From an uncultured Chloroflexia bacterium (GTDB taxonomy: Bacteria; Chloroflexota; Anaerolineae; Promineifilales; Promineifilaceae), in assembly GCA_963736615.1 (NCBI GenBank), contig CAVTPP010000005.1, forward strand, positions 138,473 through 202,472: 64,000 bases of DNA. Reading direction: 5' to 3'. The first letter of the stretch is position 1, and the number at the start of each line of letters is the position of its first letter. The translations under genes were made by a program, and so were the position numbers. Under the pieces are notes generated by a model. That model was given only the letters and a program-made list of their open reading frames with translations. It had not been told where the DNA came from and did no database searches. This document shows positions 44,001 through 52,887 of the stretch, in pieces.

Positions 44001-44379
44001 CCATCCCGCCAGAGAGCCAGAAACCGAACAGACCAATCAGCGCGGGTTTGATGACGTGTTGGCGGTAAATGAAATCGTAATTATTAGTCTTATCCAATGC
44101 AGCGTGAATACGCCCACCAAAACGGGGGAGTATCATCAGTTGAATATACTCGTTTTCCAGGAAAACAGCCTGGTAATCTCGATCGATCTTCTCGTCGTGG
44201 TTGACGCTATCAGTGAAGGGGTTAGGATAGACTCGTCCGCTGGCACCCTGATTGACCCTGCTCTCAAAGAACATCGGGTTGGGGTCGGGCGGGGGTACTG
44301 AATAAGTGGGAATGGTGACGGTTTCTTCCCATATGCGGGCTAATTTTGTGTTGTCTAAATGTGTATTCTTCTTCATCAT
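41026..44379 (-). CDS. DUF5107-domain protein fused to a long TPR array (1117 aa)
   Basis: N-terminal ~420 aa match the DUF5107 pattern as I recall it (PNPMFFE...RVYPNPFTD...GGMEFNWPLHHRPSTF). The C-terminal ~650 aa are repetitive TPR-like helices (ALELDP, Y.LG..Y, A...Y..A). Confidence 0.8.
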   Translation of the reverse strand: MMKKNTHLDNTKLARIWEETVTIPTYSVPPPDPNPMFFESRVNQGASGRVYPNPFTDSVNHDEKIDRDYQAVFLENEYIQLMILPRFGGRIHAALDKTNNYDFIYRQHVIKPALIGLFGFWLSGGMEFNWPLHHRPSTFSPVEYTLEEGQDGSVTVWLSEHEPMNRMKGMVGVCIYPGKALFELKVQLFNRTPLPQPFLWWVNTAVHVNDDYQLIFPPDVESVTFHSRAYMAEYPIAKQKYAGLDWTDGVDISWPKNVVEASSYFANPSNFEFFGGYDHGQKGGIIHVANRHISPGKKLFTWGTGSFGTGWQENLTDEDGPYVELMASAYSDNQPDFTWIHPYETKTFSQIWYPIQEIGVVKNANSKIAVNLESDYVGVCATEAFPDLRIILTSQEEIILDQQVDLAPGKPLLFTAESLKLIDQPITGLKILDSHGSEVIAFSPTTPKNEPLPETAKPPLLPHNIDSLEELYLTGLHVEQYLHFSLDPAPYWERALELDPGDSRCNNALGRLLLRRGDFTGAAKLFRRAIQTLTRYNFNPYNGEPHYNLGLALVYQGHYDEAYDHFNKATWAYAWRASGYFALAQIDIRFGEYIKAIDHLDHALVTNAHNNKARSLKVVALRKLGELEAAKQIANEILNFDPLDQWAHCELMLLTNDRAELTRILRSDVQNYLDLAFDYANAGLFDEARNLLLDYCQSDPYMAASQTLYLGSSEHTPLKNIYSIVYYALGYFADQMGDPTAALDWYRQAAGQPSDYCFPIRLEEQIVLEAAQKANPSDGYAAYYLGNLYYDKKQYEKAITSWQTATQLVPKFAIPWRNLGTALFNKRGEKDGAKQCYDQARAANPSDPRLLMEMDQLLQRLGVSPSDRLTILEENADLVKQRDDLSVSMAELYSQNGHPKKALEILTTRNFHAWEGGEGGAAGQYALAHVLLMQAALDAGDMQLALEHFRSAEKPTNNLGIDHGLSLYRALAWFIAAETIAKLGDTETAANYYQQVIDAETKVSLWGARTPLTYYAALSLRALGQESAAEDKLCELQAFAQKKLDSNDEGGFFTSKPAMIAFDDDPNLEIEIQGHYLLGLAYLGQGNAQEAAASFKAVLNIDPHNWWANLQLADIEQ

Positions 44380-44836
44380 TGGAATTTTTCCTAAAGAGTA
44401 AAAATTAAATTGGCAGGCAAGGCTAGACTAGAGTTTGTTTCTAACATTATTGATCTCATTCAATGCTACACCGAGATTCCTCGGGTAAAGTTGACGCTGT
44501 TAGATTCGAGTGATAACTTCCCCTTTATTACTCACAGGTCCTAATACTATTGCACTTTTGTCAACTTGTCACAAAGGAATTATGACTCGTCTAAGAGTTC
44601 ATACATGCTTTGAAAACTCCTTATTATGAACCAGCTAAAGAATCAAGCTCTTCTCCTTGAGAGGAGCATCAAGCGATCATTTTAGAATACTTGCCCGCTT
44701 CAGTGTCATGAAATCCTAAAGTCTCTAGGGTGACGGGTCTTTTCCGAATCCAGCTCTGTTTGATCCCACCATGTAGCAGAGTGATATCGTAGAAGGGTTC
44801 GTAGATGCAGACACTGCCTGCCTCAATCACCTCAGC

Positions 44837-45985
44837 TTATAATTTTGTTTTTTCAAGAAAAGCTTCATTTACATCTATGCCTAGGCCAGGGGATTGTGGA
44901 ACCCTTACCCACCCATCGACCACTTCAGGCGGGTTAAATACCACTTCATCCCGCAGCGGATGTGGTGTAAGATCAAGCTCAAGCAGTGGCCCTTGTGGGA
45001 AAAGTGCCGGCGGTGTCGGTGGTAAGGAGGCAATAAAGTGTAATGAAGCCACGCGCCCAATCGCTGTTCCCCAAACATGTGGAATACAGCGCATATGCCA
45101 AGTGCGCGCCATGTCTGCAATCCGGCGACCTTCCGTTAAGCCACCTGTGGCACAAATATCGGGCTGAACTATATCTACTGCACGTTGGGTGATCAGTTGT
45201 CGGAAGCCAAAGCGTGTAAACTCGGCTTCACCACCAGCAATCGGTATATCAATCGCCTTCCTGACTTCGATATAGCCCTCGATGTCTTCTGGTGAAACGG
45301 GTTCTTCAAACCAATCGATATTCAGATGCGACAGTTCCCTTCCCAGGCGTATGGCGGTGGTTGAGTCATATGCGTGGTTAGCATCAATCATCAGGTGGAT
45401 GTCATTGCCGATTGCTTCACGAACGGCCGTTACATTACGTATATCCTTTGCCAGTCCCAATCCCACCTTCATCTTTAGGTGCTCGAACCCCTGATCAATA
45501 TAGGAGCGCGCCTCTACAGCCAAATTGCTGCGGTCGTCTTCTGTATCGCGCATGTAGAGTCCGGTAGCATAACCTTGAATACGCTCAAAGAACTGTCCAC
45601 CGAGCAATGTAACGACCGGTAAATCGCTGGCTTTCCCCAGGATATCCCATAGCGCAATGTCGATAGCACTCAAAGCCGAAATAACGAGACCCTTTTGGCC
45701 GTAATCTTTAGTCCAGTTATAAAGATGATCCCATAGTACATTGATGTCCAAGGGGTTGCGTCCCAGTAATTGCGGCTTGAACGTTTTACTGATGATGGCT
45801 TCTATTGCATGACCAGCATCGTGGCAAAAGGCTTCCCCCCAGCCAACTGTGCCGTTATCAGTGACAATTTTTACAATAAGAGCGGTTCTAGCCTTGACCC
45901 ATTTCTGGGAAAAACCAAAGCCTTTATCACTAATTGGAACATATAGATTATAGGTTTGAATGTTGGTAATTTTCATGAAGTGCAA
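44837..45985 (-). CDS. enolase-superfamily (mandelate racemase-type) sugar-acid dehydratase
   Basis: MIDANHAYD, WFEEP and AGGEAE metal-ligand motifs. 382 aa. Confidence 0.85.
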   Translation of the reverse strand: MHFMKITNIQTYNLYVPISDKGFGFSQKWVKARTALIVKIVTDNGTVGWGEAFCHDAGHAIEAIISKTFKPQLLGRNPLDINVLWDHLYNWTKDYGQKGLVISALSAIDIALWDILGKASDLPVVTLLGGQFFERIQGYATGLYMRDTEDDRSNLAVEARSYIDQGFEHLKMKVGLGLAKDIRNVTAVREAIGNDIHLMIDANHAYDSTTAIRLGRELSHLNIDWFEEPVSPEDIEGYIEVRKAIDIPIAGGEAEFTRFGFRQLITQRAVDIVQPDICATGGLTEGRRIADMARTWHMRCIPHVWGTAIGRVASLHFIASLPPTPPALFPQGPLLELDLTPHPLRDEVVFNPPEVVDGWVRVPQSPGLGIDVNEAFLEKTKL

Positions 45986-46321
45986 TCCATACTATTATTT
46001 GAATACTCCCTATATCTAGTTCGACGAAAAAGTTCGATTTTGAACAAGGACATCCCCTATACTGTATTCCGATCACCAGATAAATGTTTGATTGTAAACA
46101 AAAAATAGCCCGTTCAATGTTTGTCGTCAAGCTATCTACCATGCAAAATCTCGGTTCGTGTATCTGATTGTCAACGGGAATAGATGCGAAAAAATGTTTT
46201 TCGTTAAAAGCCAATATATTTGGAACCAGATATAATGACATTACTGCCAAGATATGGTTCTCTCTGATTTATAAGTTGACTAATTTGGTGGGACCTAGAT
46301 TATATATAGGAGAGGTGATGA

Positions 46322-48043
46322 ATGGACGAAAAAAAATCTTTAAGAAGCCAAGAATGGTTCGGCAAGATTGATACACTGGGTTTTACTCACCGCAGTTGGA
46401 CGAAAAACCAGGGATATCCCGATCACATGTTTGACGGCCGTCCTGTCATCGGCATCTGTAACACATGGAGCGATTTGACACCATGCAACGCGCATCTAAG
46501 AATTATTGCAGAGATGGTTAAGCGCGGCGTATACGAGGCAGGCGGCTTCCCCCTTGAATTCCCGGTCATGTCATTGGGCGAAATCTTGATGCGACCGACG
46601 ACAATGCTTTTCCGTAATCTAGCCAGTATGGATGTTGAAGAAACCATCCGCGCCAACCCTCTGGATGGCGTGGTGTTGTTAACCGGCTGTGACAAAACAA
46701 CCCCCTCGACCCTGATGGGTGCTTGTAGTGTTGGGCTGCCGACGATTGTCGTTCCCGGTGGTCCGATGCTAAACGGCAAATATCGTGGCCGTGACATTGG
46801 ATCAGGCACAGACCTTTGGAAATTTAGCGCTGACTATCGCGCTGGAGTCATTGATAAGGCTGATTATCAAGAAGCGGAGTCTTGTATGTCGCGCAGTGAC
46901 GGCCATTGTATGACCATGGGCACAGCCTCGACTATGGCTTGCATGGTCGAAGCACTTGGTATGACCCTACCAGGCGCGGCAGCAATCCCAGCCCCAGATT
47001 CGCGAAGGCGACGTCTAGCCCATATATCCGGGAATCGCATTGTAGAAATGGTACGTGAGGATTTGCAGCTTTCGGCTATCTTGACCCGATCGGCTTTTGA
47101 GAATGCGATCAAGATCAATGCGGCCGTTGGTGGTTCTACAAACTTCGTCATTCATCTTCTTGCAATAGCAGGGCGCATCGGCGTAGAGTTGAGCATTGAT
47201 GATTTTGACAACCTGGGCAGTGAAATGCCGCTCCTAGTTAACTTGATGCCCTCGGGAGATAAGTTGATGGAAGACTTTTATTATGCAGGGGGCTTACCTG
47301 TGGTGGTACAGGAGTTGAAAGATGAACTGGATCTTGATGCACTTACAGTGACAGGTAAGAGCATTGGAGAGAATACTAAGGGAGCTCCTTGCTACGATCG
47401 CGAGACAATTGGAACAGTAGAAGAACCATTTCAAGAAAGAGTTGGCCTTGCTGTGCTGCGAGGCAATTTATGTGAGAATGGGGCCATTATCAAGCCATCG
47501 GCGGCGACGGCCGAATTGTTACAACATCGAGGCCGAGCCGTAGTCTTTGAGAATATCGAAGATCTCCACGCCCGCATTGACGATCCCGATTTAGAAGTTG
47601 ACGAAACAAATATCCTTGTGCTCAAGAATGTAGGTCCCAAAGGGTATCCAGGCATGCCTGAAGTGGGTAACTTCGAACTCCCTAAACGACTGCTTGAATC
47701 TGGTGTACGAGACATGATTCGTATTTCGGACGGCCGCATGAGCGGAACCGCATTTGGTACCGTTGTTCTCCACGTCGCTCCCGAGGCAGCGGTGGGGGGT
47801 AATCTTGCTTTGGTTGAGAGCGGTGACTTCATCGAACTGGATGTTCCAAATAGACGTTTGCATTTAGATGTTCCCGATTCTGAATTGGCCCAGCGGCGAA
47901 AAGCGTGGCAACCGTTAGAACCTCATTTGGAACGAGGATATGTGAGTATGTACCTCAATCATGTGCAACAGGCTGATCTTGGGGCAGATTTTGATTTCCT
48001 GATTGGAAATTCAGGCGCATTTGTATCTCCGGGAAATCATTGA
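46322..48043 (+). CDS. IlvD/Edd-family dehydratase (pentonate/sugar-acid dehydratase-like)
   Basis: SQEWFG...GICNTWSDLTPCNAHL, TGCDKTTP and SDGHCMTMGTAS motifs. 573 aa. Confidence 0.9.
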   Translation: MDEKKSLRSQEWFGKIDTLGFTHRSWTKNQGYPDHMFDGRPVIGICNTWSDLTPCNAHLRIIAEMVKRGVYEAGGFPLEFPVMSLGEILMRPTTMLFRNLASMDVEETIRANPLDGVVLLTGCDKTTPSTLMGACSVGLPTIVVPGGPMLNGKYRGRDIGSGTDLWKFSADYRAGVIDKADYQEAESCMSRSDGHCMTMGTASTMACMVEALGMTLPGAAAIPAPDSRRRRLAHISGNRIVEMVREDLQLSAILTRSAFENAIKINAAVGGSTNFVIHLLAIAGRIGVELSIDDFDNLGSEMPLLVNLMPSGDKLMEDFYYAGGLPVVVQELKDELDLDALTVTGKSIGENTKGAPCYDRETIGTVEEPFQERVGLAVLRGNLCENGAIIKPSAATAELLQHRGRAVVFENIEDLHARIDDPDLEVDETNILVLKNVGPKGYPGMPEVGNFELPKRLLESGVRDMIRISDGRMSGTAFGTVVLHVAPEAAVGGNLALVESGDFIELDVPNRRLHLDVPDSELAQRRKAWQPLEPHLERGYVSMYLNHVQQADLGADFDFLIGNSGAFVSPGNH

Positions 48044-48166
48044 ATGAATTGATTCTTCGTTGAATCACAAGTGCCCAAATCTAAACTAGCTAACCATGTA
48101 TTTGGCCTTGGGTACAAATTTGAAAAACTTCGCATCGCTAAAATAGCGGGTCAGAGGTGGAGAATA

Positions 48167-48709
48167 ATGTTACGGTTTTTGCAAAATTACCCCCATGCTC
48201 TTGAGCTGATCTATGATGCTTTCGAGCACATGCTGCAGCCTTTCCGACGCTTATTGAAGCCGGGCTCACGCCTTGAACCGGCCATCATCTGGGTCGAAGA
48301 GGTGGGCAAAGGGGCTGTATTTGACTGCCGGATGTGTGGACAATGTATTTTGCACAGCACCGGTATGACCTGCTCCATGACCTGCCCCAAGAATTTACGC
48401 AATGGACCCTGCGGCGGCGTACGTACCAATGGTCATTGTGAGGTCAAACCTGAGATGCGCTGTGTTTGGGTTCAGGCGTTTGAACGCTCACAAAGAATGC
48501 CCAAGTATGGCCATGAACTGCTCACCATTCAGCCACCCGTCAACCGCCGCTTGGAAGGTACGGCTTCCTGGATCAATATGCTGCACGATATTGATACCGA
48601 AATGCCGGATGGCTGGGTAAACACAACAAAGATCGCGATCATATCACCTGAAGTGGAACAAGAGACGAGAAACAGATGGACAGTGAACTCAAAGCAGGCG
48701 GCCGTTTAG
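48167..48709 (+). CDS. Cys-rich MTHFR C-terminal-domain protein (MetV-like small subunit)
   Basis: CRMCGQCILHSTGMTCSMTCPKNLRNGPCGG. ATG at 48167 follows a GAGGTGG RBS; the ORF is open from GTG 48071. Its 3' end overlaps the next gene by 34 nt. Confidence 0.7.
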   Translation: MLRFLQNYPHALELIYDAFEHMLQPFRRLLKPGSRLEPAIIWVEEVGKGAVFDCRMCGQCILHSTGMTCSMTCPKNLRNGPCGGVRTNGHCEVKPEMRCVWVQAFERSQRMPKYGHELLTIQPPVNRRLEGTASWINMLHDIDTEMPDGWVNTTKIAIISPEVEQETRNRWTVNSKQAAV

Positions 48710-49674
48710 AGCGCGTCTTACGCTCAGGTCGTTTTGCCGTAACGGCCGAACTTAACCCTCCTGACAGCGCCGACCCGGAGGACGTCTACCGGGCCGCATT
48801 GGTCCTTTCCACCGTATGTGATGGCATCAACGCCGTCGATGCTTCAGGCGCTCACTGCCATATGTCCAGCGTGGCCATATGTGCCCTTTTAACCCGCGCC
48901 GGGTATGAACCAATTTATCAGGTGGCCTGTCGTGATCGCAACCGAATCGCAATTCAAGGCGACCTCTTGGGTGCAGCGGCCATGGGTGTGCGCAATGTGC
49001 TTTGTATTACAGGTGATGATGTCACTGCCGGCGACCAGCCGGAAGCGAAACGAGTCTTTGATTTCGACTCGATTCAGCTTCTGCGCACAGCGCGGATGAT
49101 GCGGGATGAAGGCACGTTTCTCAGCGGGCGAAAGCTGACCACAAGGCCGCGGCTTTTCTTGGGCGCGGCGGCCAACCCCTTCGCACCCCCATTTGATTGG
49201 CGGCCGATGCGGCTGGCCAAGAAGATCGCTGCGGGAGCTGACTTCATCCAGACGCAGTACTGTTTTGATGTTTCTCGCTTACAGCAGTACATGAATAGGG
49301 TGAATGATCTTGGTTTACTCGAATCCGTTTACTTTCTCGTCGGCGTGGGACCTCTTCGTTCTGAGAGAGCGGCCGAATACATGAGAACCAAGGTGCCAGG
49401 CGTCGTTATCCCTGACAGAGTGGTGGAGCGGCTGCGCAAAACACCCAAGAAGCAAAAGCGAGCTGAGGGTAAACGCATTTGTGTAGAGATCATTCAACAA
49501 GTTCGAGAAATTGCGGGGGTTGATGGTGTACATGTGATGGCTTACAGGCAAGAGGAGACGGTCGCTGAAATCATAGAGGAGGCCGGATTATTCCCACGAC
49601 CAAGAAGGCATGGTGCTTCTGATCCGGCGTCTCGAGCTCAACCCAAGCAACAAACTCAGAAAAGCGAAGATTAG
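48676..49674 (+). CDS. metF: methylenetetrahydrofolate reductase (MetF family)
   Basis: FAVTAELNPP...CRDRNRIAIQGDLLGAAAMGVRNVLCITGDD...ADFIQTQYCFD. 332 aa. Confidence 0.85.
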   Translation: MDSELKAGGRLERVLRSGRFAVTAELNPPDSADPEDVYRAALVLSTVCDGINAVDASGAHCHMSSVAICALLTRAGYEPIYQVACRDRNRIAIQGDLLGAAAMGVRNVLCITGDDVTAGDQPEAKRVFDFDSIQLLRTARMMRDEGTFLSGRKLTTRPRLFLGAAANPFAPPFDWRPMRLAKKIAAGADFIQTQYCFDVSRLQQYMNRVNDLGLLESVYFLVGVGPLRSERAAEYMRTKVPGVVIPDRVVERLRKTPKKQKRAEGKRICVEIIQQVREIAGVDGVHVMAYRQEETVAEIIEEAGLFPRPRRHGASDPASRAQPKQQTQKSED

Positions 49675-49905
49675 GAAAGACGCATGAACCGCCGATGGGC
49701 ACTGTGCGAGGATAGCGGTGATCGACTCTCGTCGTTCCTGCCGAAATTATTGAAATTTTAGGAATGAAAGACTCCAAACTACTCAGACTCTTCTTCTTTC
49801 TCTGACAACTCCCCAAAACCAATTAAAATAATTGACTTTGTTGCTGTTTGACACCCCCCTTGTTACCATCTTTGATGTAAAAACCAAAAGAGGGAAATAA
49901 TCTTA

Positions 49906-52686
49906 ATGGATCGTAATGACAAAGATGCTTTATCTCGGGATATCCATCTCCTCGGCGATATTCTCGGCCGTGTGATTCGCCGGCAGGCAGGAATCGAAAT
50001 TTATGAATTAGAGGAACGCATCCGGGCTTTAACAAAAACGAGACGGATCGATGATGATCCAGCTATAGACAAGCGGCTGGCATTAATCGTCGACGGCTTG
50101 AGCGATAATGAAGCTGAGCTGGTAGCCAGGGCTTTTACCGCATATTTTGAGTTGATAAATCTTGCCGAGGAGCAGCACCGCGTTCGGGTCTTACGATCGC
50201 GCGAAGCGGCAGCGTACCCCCAACCGATGGCTGAATCGATCGCTGCAGCAGTAGCCAGATTGAATCAGTTAGGGGTCAATGATTATGAGTTCGCCCGGCT
50301 TCTGGAGCGACTGCACATCGAACTCATCTTTACAGCCCATCCAACCCAGGCGAAACGACGCACGATGTTGTCCAAGCTGCGCCGAATCGCCCAATCCTTA
50401 AGTGATCTTGAGGCTCACGATATCCTGCCAGCTGAACGTGAAAAGGTCATTTCCGAAATCACGGCCGAAATAACACTATCCTGGTTAACCAATCGCAGCA
50501 GGACCGCGAAACCATCGGTGACTGACGAAGTGCGAACAGGGCTGTATTATTTCGACGTCACCCTTTGGGACGTGCTGCCACAAATCTACGAAGCGATGGC
50601 TTCAGCCTTACGCCGTTATTATCCGCAGTTGGAGATGCCGTCAAAGTTTATTTCATTCGGTTCCTGGATTGGCGGCGACCGTGATGGCAATCCAAATGTG
50701 ACCGCAGATGTCACGGCCGAAACATTGCGATTACATCGTGGCCTGGCAGTAGAAAAATTTCGCGTACAGGCTCAGCGACTTGACCGTTCGTTGAGTATTT
50801 CTGATGAGTTGATTGACTTGGATGCGCGGTTAAAATCATCAATAGAAAGTGTTGGAACGAAAACAGATCATATTGGCTATCTAAGAAATCGTTATCCGCA
50901 AGAGCCATACCGGTTGTGGGCGGCTATGTTGGGGGCAGCCCTTGCCAAAGCATCAGCCGGGGACATGGTATCTCGATTAAAGGGGTTGGCTAATCCTCCG
51001 CTAGAAATGCGCAGGATGGACGATTTAATTGCGCCACTAGAGCGGATGGATGAGACTTTGAAAGAATTGGGATTAGGAGACGTTGCCAAAACTGATTTAG
51101 CTCGAATAAAAACCCAGGCCGAAATTTTTGGACTTCATGCTGCCCGTCTGGATATCCGGCAGTATAGTGATTTTCATACTGCCGTTCTCGATGAGATATT
51201 GGCCAAATTAGGTCTTGTTGAGGATTTCGGGGCACTTACAGGTGATGAGCGTGGACTAGTTTTGACCAATTTGTTGGCAGCACCCATTCCCGATTTAAAC
51301 TCGTTGGAAGATTTGTCAGCAGAAGCTAATGAAGTAATAGCCTTATTTCAAATTCTCAAACGGGCTGTTGATTTTTATGGCCATGAACACCTCGGCCCTT
51401 ATATTGTCAGCATGACGCGCGGTCCGGAAGATATTTTGGCTCCTTTGCTCATAGCTTATTGGTTTGAGCTTTCCCTGCGACCGGATGACGATTCGGAAGG
51501 GTTAACTTTTGTGCCGCTTTTTGAAACACGTGCGGATTTGAAGGCCGCACCGGATGTAATGAGCAGACTATTTGACCATCCTCACTATGCTGTGCACCTT
51601 GAACGTTTGCAGAGGAAACAAACGATCATGATTGGCTACTCCGACAGCAACAAGGATGCCGGTTATCTGGCCGCCAATTGGGAGCTCTATCAAGCTCAGG
51701 AGTCATTGGCCGACTGTTGTCGCAGTGCGGATGTTATGTTGACTTTGTTTCACGGTCGTGGGGGGACAATTGCCCGGGGTGGTGGTCCGGCCAATCGGGC
51801 CATTCTTTCCCAGCCCCCGGGTTCAGTAGAAGGGCGGATTCGGGTGACAGAACAGGGAGAAGTCATTGATGAGCGCTACGCGCATCCCGCCATCGCGCGT
51901 CGCCATTTAGAACAGGTCGTACACTCAGTGTTGATGGCCAGTGTGCCTGAGCAATATCGCGACCTGAGAAGGCTGCGTCCGAAGTGGCGAACTGCGATGG
52001 ATGAACTGGCAGCCGTTTCCTATCAAGCCTATCGCCAACTCATTTACGAAACGCCGGCGCTTTTGACTTATTGGAGTCAGGCTACGCCTTTGAATGAGAT
52101 CAGTCAAATGAGCATTGGTTCCAGGCCTGCGCGGCGTACGGCAAAAGCAGCCTTTGATTCACTTCGGGCTATCCCTTGGGGTTTTAGTTGGATGCAATCC
52201 CGCCATGTGCTGCCCGGTTGGTATGGCATTGGCCAGGCCTTGTCCGCCTTTGGCGATACCGTGGAAAGGCGAAGTCTGTTGCAAGAAATGTATCGTGACT
52301 GGCCCTTTTTTCAGGTTGTAATCGATAATGCCCAGCTTTCACTAGCGAAGGCAGATATGGGTATCGGCCGTTTGTATGCAAGTTTGGTAGATGATGAGCC
52401 AGTGCGAGATGAGATATTCGGAATCATAGAATCAGCATTCGAACTTACCTGCAATTGGATAATGGTGATAACGGGACAGCAGGTTCTCTTGGAGAACGAT
52501 CCTGTTTTAAGACGGTCCGTGCGCCAGCGAAATCCCTATGTCGATCCGCTCAATTTCATCCAGGTCAGCTTGCTGCGCCGGCTGCGCGCCTTACCAGATC
52601 CTGATTGTCCTGAAGGACAGCGCCTGTTACGAGCGATATTCCTAACCATTAATGGGATCGCCTCCGGTTTGAAGAATACTGGCTAA
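49906..52686 (+). CDS. ppc: phosphoenolpyruvate carboxylase
   Basis: 926 aa. TAHPTQ, IGYSDSNKDAG, FHGRGGTIARGGGP and the C-terminal GLKNTG. Confidence 0.95.
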   Translation: MDRNDKDALSRDIHLLGDILGRVIRRQAGIEIYELEERIRALTKTRRIDDDPAIDKRLALIVDGLSDNEAELVARAFTAYFELINLAEEQHRVRVLRSREAAAYPQPMAESIAAAVARLNQLGVNDYEFARLLERLHIELIFTAHPTQAKRRTMLSKLRRIAQSLSDLEAHDILPAEREKVISEITAEITLSWLTNRSRTAKPSVTDEVRTGLYYFDVTLWDVLPQIYEAMASALRRYYPQLEMPSKFISFGSWIGGDRDGNPNVTADVTAETLRLHRGLAVEKFRVQAQRLDRSLSISDELIDLDARLKSSIESVGTKTDHIGYLRNRYPQEPYRLWAAMLGAALAKASAGDMVSRLKGLANPPLEMRRMDDLIAPLERMDETLKELGLGDVAKTDLARIKTQAEIFGLHAARLDIRQYSDFHTAVLDEILAKLGLVEDFGALTGDERGLVLTNLLAAPIPDLNSLEDLSAEANEVIALFQILKRAVDFYGHEHLGPYIVSMTRGPEDILAPLLIAYWFELSLRPDDDSEGLTFVPLFETRADLKAAPDVMSRLFDHPHYAVHLERLQRKQTIMIGYSDSNKDAGYLAANWELYQAQESLADCCRSADVMLTLFHGRGGTIARGGGPANRAILSQPPGSVEGRIRVTEQGEVIDERYAHPAIARRHLEQVVHSVLMASVPEQYRDLRRLRPKWRTAMDELAAVSYQAYRQLIYETPALLTYWSQATPLNEISQMSIGSRPARRTAKAAFDSLRAIPWGFSWMQSRHVLPGWYGIGQALSAFGDTVERRSLLQEMYRDWPFFQVVIDNAQLSLAKADMGIGRLYASLVDDEPVRDEIFGIIESAFELTCNWIMVITGQQVLLENDPVLRRSVRQRNPYVDPLNFIQVSLLRRLRALPDPDCPEGQRLLRAIFLTINGIASGLKNTG

Positions 52687-52887
52687 ATATCGTAACAGTG
52701 GCAGAAAAGATCTCGATTTGTTTTCATTGGACGTCCATTGCTTTCCATGTTGCCCTACCTCCCTATCTGCCATCTGCTATAATTTGAGACCTTATTTAAG
52801 GATATTGCTGGACCCCTCGGGAGCGGCAGGTAAGATACACGGCCGATTTTGACGAAGGAATGGTTTAAAACTAGTAAGGAAAAACTA

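Noticed and set aside
52750-52783. TTGCCC ... TATAAT as the serC promoter
   Set aside because: The spacer is 22 nt, outside the 16-19 nt range for sigma-70-type promoters.
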